This document shows positions 6,561 through 12,869 of a stretch of 12,869 nt of DNA, piece after piece; the stretch's first letter is position 1, and each line of letters begins with the position of its first letter. The stretch is from a candidate division WOR-3 bacterium. GTDB lineage: Bacteria > Hydrothermota > Tepidihabitantia > Tepidihabitantales > Tepidihabitantaceae. Where the stretch lies: the NCBI GenBank assembly GCA_039801225.1, contig JBDRUH010000046.1:1-12869 (forward strand), written 5' to 3'. The translations under genes and the position numbers were made by a program. The notes under the pieces were generated by a model, which saw only the letters and a list, made by a program, of their open reading frames with translations, was not told where the DNA came from and did no database searches.

Positions 6561-6743
6561 TTACCATTCCGATTCATCCGGTTCCTCAAAATCCGGATTA
6601 AACGGCTCCTCTTCCTGTTCCAGAAAGTCGGCATCAAATTCCTCTCCAAGACCAACCGTCTCCTCTTGCTCTTCCAGCCATTCCGGCTCGGGATGTCCCC
6701 GCAGCCGGCGGGAGCGTTTTTTTCTAATTTTCTTTGATTTCAT
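6561..6743 (-). CDS. 60-aa hypothetical protein with a basic N-terminus and an acidic C-terminus
   Basis: Strong RBS (AAGGAGAGGGAAG) directly before the ATG, an upstream promoter, and it fills the gap on the local coding strand. Confidence 0.7.
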   Translation of the reverse strand: MKSKKIRKKRSRRLRGHPEPEWLEEQEETVGLGEEFDADFLEQEEEPFNPDFEEPDESEW

Positions 6744-6862
6744 CTTCCCTCTCCTTTAAATTACTACCTCCGCAACAGCGCCAAGCGCTCGCCACGAAAC
6801 GCAGACCGCGGCAAGCGAATAACCGGTTCGCCAGCAACCCATTATTAACACCTTTCACACTG

Positions 6863-6890
6863 AAGTTAACAATTTCTCATCCGCTGTCAA
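6863..6890 (-). promoter_or_regulatory. Sigma70-type promoter for the 60-aa ORF
   Basis: TTGACA (6890-6885), 16 nt, TAACTT (6868-6863) preceded by TGn. Confidence 0.55.
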
Positions 6891-6914
6891 GCAGAAAATT
6901 CAATAAGTTTCCAT

Positions 6915-7850
6915 TCATCGGTTTTGCCGGTTTGAAAGAGGTTTTGTTAAAGACCGCACATTGTAATCCAAAAGTCTCAGGTAGGTATCCGTCTGGGGTA
7001 AAGCACCGGTGATAGAACTTAAAACAATAATTTCTCCGTCCGTCGCCCCGGCTAACGCTTCGGCAATGTCCCGGTTGTGGTGCGGTTCAACTACAATCTT
7101 TCTGACCGATTCTCTCTTCATCTTTTTAATAAGTTGAGTAAGGTGGTGGGCAGATGGCTCCTGCCCTGGTAAAGGCTCAACCACCCCGGTCAATTCAAAA
7201 CCAAAAGCCCGGCAGAAATAGGGCCAGGAGTTGTGCATAGCGACAAACTTTCGGTCCGGGCAATTCTCCACCAGTTGCCCGAGTACCGCAGTGGCGCTAT
7301 CCAGTTCCCGGGCATAACGCTCCGCCCGGGTTTGATAAAACTCTTTTCCCCCCGGGTCAACTGCGCTCAGCGCCTCCACGATTAGCGGTAGTGCCTTTTG
7401 GGCGTTAGCCGGGTCAAGCCAGATGTGCGGATTGCCTTCTTGATGAATCCGGTTGCCATCCCCCTCATCACGCAGCGGTTCTACCACATCAGCAAGAGTA
7501 ATCACCTTCAGTTTTGGGTTCTGGGCGTTTGTTAGTAACCCTGTCAACCACTCTTCCAGCCCCATCCCAATACGGACTAAAACCTTTGCCCGGGCGACTT
7601 TTCCCAAATCGCTCGGCTTTGGCTCATAACTGTGAGGCTCTTCAGTGCCACGCAAGATGGTGAAAACCTCCACCCTTTCGCCGCCGACCGCGTTCACCCA
7701 GTCGGCTAAGTCGGGCAGGGTGGTAACCACCACCGGTTTAGACTTTTGAGCAGCCGATTTCCTCCGGCAGAAGGCTAAGGGCAAAAGGCAACTAGGTAAA
7801 ATGATCAACAATAAGCGAAAAATTATGGCTCTCGACCACATACCCGACAT
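6915..7850 (-). CDS. Zn/Mn ABC transporter substrate-binding lipoprotein (ZnuA/TroA family)
   Basis: Signal peptide ending in Cys. Metal-ligand motifs EEPHSYEP, NPHIWLDP and HNSWPYF, plus EPS. Confidence 0.93.
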   Translation of the reverse strand: MSGMWSRAIIFRLLLIILPSCLLPLAFCRRKSAAQKSKPVVVTTLPDLADWVNAVGGERVEVFTILRGTEEPHSYEPKPSDLGKVARAKVLVRIGMGLEEWLTGLLTNAQNPKLKVITLADVVEPLRDEGDGNRIHQEGNPHIWLDPANAQKALPLIVEALSAVDPGGKEFYQTRAERYARELDSATAVLGQLVENCPDRKFVAMHNSWPYFCRAFGFELTGVVEPLPGQEPSAHHLTQLIKKMKRESVRKIVVEPHHNRDIAEALAGATDGEIIVLSSITGALPQTDTYLRLLDYNVRSLTKPLSNRQNR

Positions 7851-8653
7851 CTTTTCCTTTTGGGCGAGAATATCGCCGCTAAAGCAAAAAGTCCTGCCGA
7901 GACAATTACGATTGTCGCGCCGGACGGCACTGCCAGTATGTAAGACAAGAACAATCCAACAATGCAGGCAATAACCGCCACCGCCCAGGAGAGAAAAAAC
8001 ATCACCCCGTAGCGATTGGTAAGTTGATAGGCGGTAGCGGCAGGAATGACCAAAAGCGCCTCAACCAAAATGATACCCACGGTCTTAATAGAAACAACCA
8101 CCGTCAGGGCGATAAGCGCCATTTGAATCGCACCCAGGAGTCCCACCGCCAATCCGCTCGCCTCGGCAAGTTCTTCATCAAAGGCGATAAATTTGAACTC
8201 CTTATAAAACAGGATAAAAACCAAGAGCACCACAAAAGCCAACGCCAACATCAGAATGATATTCCCCCTGGTGATTCCCAAAATGTTGCCGAAGAGATAG
8301 CCATAAAGCCGGGCGTCGTAGCGGCGCATAAGCCCGATAAATAACACCCCCAAAGCCATCGTAAAAGCAAAAAAGATGCCGATGGCGGTATCCTCGCGCA
8401 ACGTCGCCTTTTTTTTAGTCAACTGGATCAGTAGTGCCGTCCCGATGCAAAATAGAATTGCACTGAAAAGCGGGTCAATCCCCAAGAGAAAGCCCAGCGC
8501 CACACCACCAAAAGCGGCATGGGCTATTCCGGCACCGACGAAAGCCAGTCCGCGCAGAATCACCAATACCCCGATAACCGAACAGACTGTACCCACCAAA
8601 AGCGCGCCGAGGAACGCATTGGTGACAAATGGGTAGCCGAAAATTTCAATCAT
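7823..8653 (-). CDS. Zn/Mn ABC transporter permease (ZnuB/ABC-3 family)
   Basis: GIAHAAFGG, EDTAIG, YLFGNIL, FDEELA, VGIILVEALLVIPAATA and PSGATIV. I moved the start to the ATG at 8653, which overlaps the ATPase stop (ATGATTGA). Confidence 0.93.
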   Translation of the reverse strand: MIEIFGYPFVTNAFLGALLVGTVCSVIGVLVILRGLAFVGAGIAHAAFGGVALGFLLGIDPLFSAILFCIGTALLIQLTKKKATLREDTAIGIFFAFTMALGVLFIGLMRRYDARLYGYLFGNILGITRGNIILMLALAFVVLLVFILFYKEFKFIAFDEELAEASGLAVGLLGAIQMALIALTVVVSIKTVGIILVEALLVIPAATAYQLTNRYGVMFFLSWAVAVIACIVGLFLSYILAVPSGATIVIVSAGLFALAAIFSPKRKRCRVCGREP

Positions 8654-9422
8654 GCCGGTCCTCGGTAAACACCAACCTTTTACCCTGGTGTTCGGCAAAA
8701 ACCACCGCTGCGCCATAAAACTCTTCAAGAATTTTTGGACTCACCACCTCGCTAACGCTGCCCAAAGCCCGGATTGTTTTGTTTAAGAGCATTAACCGGT
8801 CAACCCAGGGCAGAATCTCGTTGATGTCGTGGGTAACATAAATGGTGGTAAGACCTCGTTCTTTATGTTCTTGATAAATAAGTTCCACCATCCTCTTCCG
8901 GCTGGCAACATCAACGCCGGCGGTCGGCTCATCCAAAAGGAGCAGTTCTGGATTTTGCATTAGCGCTCGGGCAAGAAGCAGCCTTTGCTGCTGACCACCA
9001 GAAAGGTGTCCGGCGATGTGCAATGCCCACTTTTCCAAACCCACCGCCTTTAGGGTGGCAAGCGCCCTTTCCCGTTCTTTTTTAATAGGCTGACGCAAAA
9101 CACCTATTGAAGGGTAACTGCCCATTAAAACCACCTCCAAGGCACTTACCGGAAAGTTGGGGTCAATCGGCTTCCGCTGCGGCACATAGCCAATTCGGGA
9201 ACGAACCCGGCGGAGCGAGCCGCCATTTCCCCCTAAGATGAAAACTTTACCGCTAACCGGCTTGACAAAGCCCAAGACCGTCTTTAACAGGGTGGTCTTT
9301 CCCGAGCCGTTAGGACCGACCACGCCTAAAAACTCTCCCGATTCCAGAGAGAAGGAGACATCGGCTAACGCTACGGTGTGCTGATAGGCAACGGTTACCC
9401 GTTCAAACTTAACTACGTTCAA
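8646..9422 (-). CDS. Zn/Mn ABC transporter ATP-binding protein (ZnuC-like)
   Basis: Walker A GPNGSGKT, IGYVPQ, LSGGQQQR, LLLLDEP and THD. TTG start. Confidence 0.95.
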   Translation of the reverse strand: MNVVKFERVTVAYQHTVALADVSFSLESGEFLGVVGPNGSGKTTLLKTVLGFVKPVSGKVFILGGNGGSLRRVRSRIGYVPQRKPIDPNFPVSALEVVLMGSYPSIGVLRQPIKKERERALATLKAVGLEKWALHIAGHLSGGQQQRLLLARALMQNPELLLLDEPTAGVDVASRKRMVELIYQEHKERGLTTIYVTHDINEILPWVDRLMLLNKTIRALGSVSEVVSPKILEEFYGAAVVFAEHQGKRLVFTEDRHD

Positions 9423-9435
9423 GGCAATTCCTGCC

Positions 9436-10923
9436 TCAACGAGGAGATACTGCCTGCTGGTTTAAAAACTCTATTAAAGTTCTTAATGGCACCCCGGTGG
9501 CGCCTGGCGGGATATAGTCCCTTTCCTCGGTGGTGAATGCGGTGCCGGCGATGTCAATATGTACCCATTTCACCCCCTTGCCGACGAACTCGGAGAGAAA
9601 TAGCCCGCCGATGATTGTGCCGGCGTTGCGGGGTTTACCGACATTCTTCAAGTCCGCCACTAAACTCCGTAAGTGCGAGCGGTAGCGGTCAATCAAAGGC
9701 AACTGCCAAAACAGTTCGCCCTGCTCCTGACCAATGGCAATTAACCGTTCAATTGTTCGCTGGTCGTTACCCAGAATTCCTGAAACCTCATTACCCAAGG
9801 CGATTACGCAGGCGCCGGTTAAGGTGGCGATGTCAACAATTAGAACGGGATTAAGGGTGGAGGCGTAAGCCAGCGCGTCAGCGAGCAGCAGTCTACCTTC
9901 AGCATCGGTGTTTACCACCTCCACCGTCTTACCGTTAAATTGGCGTATTATATCGCCCGGTTTCTGGGCACCACCACCGGGGAGGTTTTCGGCTAAAGGT
10001 GCTATGCCATGAATCTCAAAAGGCAGGTCAGCCTCACCGAGATATTGGAAAAGTCCAAATACCACCGCGGCACCGCTCATATCGTCCTTCATCAACTCCA
10101 TCTGCTCGGCGGTTTTGAGCGACAGACCGCCGGAGTCAAAGGTAATCCCCTTACCCACGAAGGCGAAAACCTTTTTTGCCTTTCCCTTAGGGATGTAAGT
10201 GAGGTGAACCAAACAGGGCTGATTGTGTGAACCCTTACCTACCCCTAAGATTCCTCCCATTCCCATCTTTTCCAGTTCACACTTGTCCATAATCTGGACA
10301 ACAATTCTGTCCTTAACCGTTAGCGCCCTTGCCCGTTCCGCAAGCATCAGCGGCGCCTTGGTCCCTGATGGTTCATTCACCAGATCCCGAACATAACACA
10401 CCGCCTTGGCCCTCAGCAGCGCCTCCTGCAGCACCTGCTCTATTGACGGCGAGGATGCGGTTGGACTAATCACCGTCAGTTCCTCAACCGGCGGCGTCTC
10501 GTCACACCGCAACTTTCTGTACCGTAAATCCCGGTAGCCGGCAAGAACCGCTCCCTCAATTACGCCAGCAACCCAATCTTTAAGGTCTTTTCTTAATTCG
10601 TTAATACCGGGCAGGAGAATACCCAATGATTTCGCGCCAATTCCCTCAGCCCGCCGCAGCGCCTTTGCCATAGCCACCCTGATGCGGTCGGGCGCAAACT
10701 CGGCTCGTCTACCCAAGCCAGAGAGAATGAGCCTTTTGCCATCCTCATAATGTAAAAGTGCCGTCCTCCTGAACTCCCCACCAAACCGTTCTTCAAGCGC
10801 CAGTTTTGCCAGTCGGAACCCCTTTTCTTTCTCAAACCCTAAAAGCCGGCTCTCGCCTTCAAACATAAACACCGTTAGGGTCTTACCGTGCCACTTCGGT
10901 TTGGTTGTTAAGGTTATATTCAT
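9436..10923 (-). CDS. pepA: Leucyl aminopeptidase (M17)
   Basis: GKGITFDSGG, MKDDMSGAA, NTDAEGRL, DIATLTGA and HIDIAG. I prefer the ATG at 10923 because AAGGAG lies 5 nt upstream of it. Confidence 0.97.
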   Translation of the reverse strand: MNITLTTKPKWHGKTLTVFMFEGESRLLGFEKEKGFRLAKLALEERFGGEFRRTALLHYEDGKRLILSGLGRRAEFAPDRIRVAMAKALRRAEGIGAKSLGILLPGINELRKDLKDWVAGVIEGAVLAGYRDLRYRKLRCDETPPVEELTVISPTASSPSIEQVLQEALLRAKAVCYVRDLVNEPSGTKAPLMLAERARALTVKDRIVVQIMDKCELEKMGMGGILGVGKGSHNQPCLVHLTYIPKGKAKKVFAFVGKGITFDSGGLSLKTAEQMELMKDDMSGAAVVFGLFQYLGEADLPFEIHGIAPLAENLPGGGAQKPGDIIRQFNGKTVEVVNTDAEGRLLLADALAYASTLNPVLIVDIATLTGACVIALGNEVSGILGNDQRTIERLIAIGQEQGELFWQLPLIDRYRSHLRSLVADLKNVGKPRNAGTIIGGLFLSEFVGKGVKWVHIDIAGTAFTTEERDYIPPGATGVPLRTLIEFLNQQAVSPR

Positions 10924-10963
10924 TCTCACTCCTTTCTTAATTGTCGCTATTCCTCACCAATAG

Positions 10964-11024
10964 TATGCAAAAGTCAAATCGCAAATCTCTTGGGTTCTTC
11001 TTTTTGACTTTTGACTTCTGCATA
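10964..11024. repeat. Heptamer-periodic inverted-repeat element, copy 3
   Basis: TATGCAAAAGTCAAA (10964-10978) and TTTGACTTCTGCATA (11010-11024) form a 15-bp stem. Units are tgcaaaa-gtcaaat-cgcaaat and ttttgac-ttttgac-ttctgca. Confidence 0.8.
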
Positions 11025-11034
11025 TCTTTAGACA

Positions 11035-11063
11035 ATGTTAACCCTCTCTTATAAACCTGTCAA
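11035..11063 (-). promoter_or_regulatory. Sigma70-type promoter of the pepA-ABC operon
   Basis: TTGACA (11063-11058), 17 nt, TAACAT (11040-11035). Confidence 0.7.
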
Positions 11064-11072
11064 AATTTAACC

Positions 11073-11981
11073 TCACTCCAGTAATCTATTCAATATCCAG
11101 GTAACCAAGACCGCCAGAACAATTCGGGGCACAACAATCCAGAAAAAGTTTGCCCCCAGCACCAGAAAGATTGCCGTATCCTCAAAGAGACCATGGCAGA
11201 GGGAAAGAAATGTTGCCACTAAGGTCACCTGCTTTGGTGTCAACCGGCTCTCCTTGACCGACTCAACAATCAGTCCGGCCCCGAAGACAATCCCAAAGAC
11301 ATTCCCGGCAAGCCAGGGCATCCCCGCCTCATCAGAGTAGCCCATAAAACCGATTACTCTTTTCAAACCGCGCAGAACCTTCTCCAGAACACCATAACGC
11401 CTTGCCAGTTCCAGAAGGATGAATATCCCGACCAGGACCAGAACCATCTTCACCCCGGTATTTACTAAACCGAGGGACCAGGACTTTAATGCCGGCACGA
11501 GTAAAAACTTTTGTCGCAATGAGGTAAAGTCAAGAAGGGTTTTGCCATAATCACCGCCGGGTACAATCAGGGCTGACAGCCCGATTCCACAAGCAAATGA
11601 AACCAAAAGCCTGATAAACCACAAAAGCCACCACTTCGCCTTTATCTGAAAAAAGACCGCGGTCTCAAGAATCTGCGAATGGGAAAGCAAGACCATCAGA
11701 CTCAAAACGGTCAACTGGGCGCCGGTAATCTTTAAAGCGGTGATCGCCCCTAAGGAGGCATAGATATTGACAAAATTTCCTAAAATCAAAACCATCGCCG
11801 CCTCACCCGGCAACCTAAAAAACCTCATAAAAGGCGCCATAAAACGGGCAAAAGCCTCAAGAACCGGTGTGTATTTCAGGAGGGTAACAAAGGTATAAAC
11901 CGGGGCAACAATCATCATCAATTTCAGAAACGCCCGGAACCCCCGCCAGGCACCTAAGCCAACCGTTCGGAAAAAACCCAT
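11073..11981 (-). CDS. Nucleoside-recognition (Gate) domain membrane protein, SpmA/SpmB-like, two repeated halves
   Basis: Very hydrophobic. Paralogous halves: PFMRFFRLPGEAA...LSHSQILET and FMGYSDEAG...LCHGLFEDT. Confidence 0.8.
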   Translation of the reverse strand: MGFFRTVGLGAWRGFRAFLKLMMIVAPVYTFVTLLKYTPVLEAFARFMAPFMRFFRLPGEAAMVLILGNFVNIYASLGAITALKITGAQLTVLSLMVLLSHSQILETAVFFQIKAKWWLLWFIRLLVSFACGIGLSALIVPGGDYGKTLLDFTSLRQKFLLVPALKSWSLGLVNTGVKMVLVLVGIFILLELARRYGVLEKVLRGLKRVIGFMGYSDEAGMPWLAGNVFGIVFGAGLIVESVKESRLTPKQVTLVATFLSLCHGLFEDTAIFLVLGANFFWIVVPRIVLAVLVTWILNRLLE

Positions 11982-12679
11982 TAGAACCGTTCCAGACTCA
12001 CCCTGCCGTTTTCAACCAGACCGTAGGTAAAACTCTTTACCCAGTCACCGATATTCAGATAAACTCCCCTTTCAAACTCAACCCGCTCGGGAATGTGCGA
12101 ATGTCCCATAATCACAAAGTCATAGCCCGCATCTATCTTCTCTTTGGCAAACGAACGCATCGCCTCAACTAAAGAAGGCTTTGCCCCCTTTTCCCGGCTC
12201 TTCCTGGCTATCCATCTTGCCAGCCCGACCCCGACATCCGGGTGAAGCAAAGAAAATAGCCGGGCATTAAACCGGTTTCTCATCAAACTGCGAAAAACTT
12301 TTGGCACAAACCCTTTATCCAAGACATCACCATGCATCAGAAAAATTCTCTTGCCATCAATCTCAATCTCAAGTTCATCATAAAAACCCTCAAAACCAAG
12401 CTCCTCTTTCAGCCTCCCGTCAAACCAGACATCATGATTGCCCTTGAACAAAACCACCTTTGTGCCATTCCGCCTCAATTCCGCAATCTGAGAAAGAACC
12501 CCCAAACCGGCGCTGGGCACCACCCGCCGGTAACTAAACCAGAACTCAAACAAATCACCAAGGATATAAAGCGAACTTGCCCTGCCCTTGATGCTTGAAA
12601 GAAAATCAGCCAGCCGCCTTTCAGCCGCTGGCGTTCTTGACCCTAAGTGTGCATCAGAGATAAAAAAATACCCGCTCAA
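11981..12679 (-). CDS. lpxH: UDP-2,3-diacylglucosamine diphosphatase-like metallophosphoesterase
   Basis: FISDAHLG, LGDLFEFW, GNHD, HGD, GHSH and YLNIGDW. TTG start. The stop overlaps the next ATG (TAATG). Confidence 0.8.
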   Translation of the reverse strand: MSGYFFISDAHLGSRTPAAERRLADFLSSIKGRASSLYILGDLFEFWFSYRRVVPSAGLGVLSQIAELRRNGTKVVLFKGNHDVWFDGRLKEELGFEGFYDELEIEIDGKRIFLMHGDVLDKGFVPKVFRSLMRNRFNARLFSLLHPDVGVGLARWIARKSREKGAKPSLVEAMRSFAKEKIDAGYDFVIMGHSHIPERVEFERGVYLNIGDWVKSFTYGLVENGRVSLERF

Positions 12680-12688
12680 TTAGGCAAA

Positions 12689-12716
12689 ATTATACTTAGA
12701 TATGAGGAATTATCAA
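12689..12716 (-). promoter_or_regulatory. Sigma70-type promoter of the lpxH-like gene
   Basis: TTGATA (12716-12711), 16 nt, TATAAT (12694-12689), 9 nt, TTG start. Confidence 0.65.
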
Positions 12717-12790
12717 TAGAAGGTTAGTAGTATAATTAGTCCGTAGCGCGGTCCATTAAAAATTTTAACTTTCTGATACCCAGAAATGTG

Positions 12791-12869
12791 CTAATTGGGT
12801 TCTTCTTTTCCCAGGTTACACAATTCTTCAACTAACCTGACTAACGTTGCCTCATCCATATCTTTAATG
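12791..12869 (-). CDS. Probable 3' end of an unidentified gene entering from the right edge
   Basis: Open frame ...IKDMDEATLVRLVEELCNLGKEEPN* with TAG at 12793-12791. It looks helical and protein-like but is too short to identify. Confidence 0.5.
   Translation of the reverse strand, partial: IKDMDEATLVRLVEELCNLGKEEPN

Noticed and set aside
8654..8728. 25-aa N-terminal extension of the permease in the ORF track
   Set aside because: It overlaps the ATPase C-terminus. The ATG at 8653 gives the usual coupled start and a typical length.
759..12598. Remaining short ORFs in the track (e.g. 1753-2148, 4074-4487, 5334-5735, 6734-7012, 8024-8344, 12332-12598)
   Set aside because: They are antisense or out-of-frame shadows of well-supported genes, with no motifs or RBS.
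10990..12809. Exact 15-mer TTGGGTTCTTCTTTT at 10990-11004 and 12795-12809
   Set aside because: It is low-complexity and a single match with no extension, which is plausible by chance in 13 kb.

Overview
This is a housekeeping region of a probably diderm bacterium (it has an LpxH-like gene). It carries, in order: a PTS EIIA domain gene and a DegT-family aminotransferase (-), uvrB and an atypical uracil-DNA glycosylase (+), a cytochrome-c-like lipoprotein and an OsmC/YhfA protein (+), a small membrane protein, tRNA-Ile2(CAU) and a 60-aa basic/acidic protein (-), a pepA + Zn/Mn ABC transporter operon (-), and an lpxH-like gene with a Gate-domain membrane protein (-). I see no transposase, integrase or CRISPR array. 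The unusual signal is non-coding. The first ~790 bp stack three different repeat types: a GTCATTCC/GGAATGAC palindrome cluster, a 7-nt-periodic fold-back element, and a degenerate but strictly phased 22 x 12-bp TARRW array. The 7-nt fold-back element recurs twice more, in front of degT and pepA. Two genes share an apparently leaderless promoter layout, and several proteins have altered catalytic or cofactor motifs. All calls come from reading the sequence by eye; no database searches were run.
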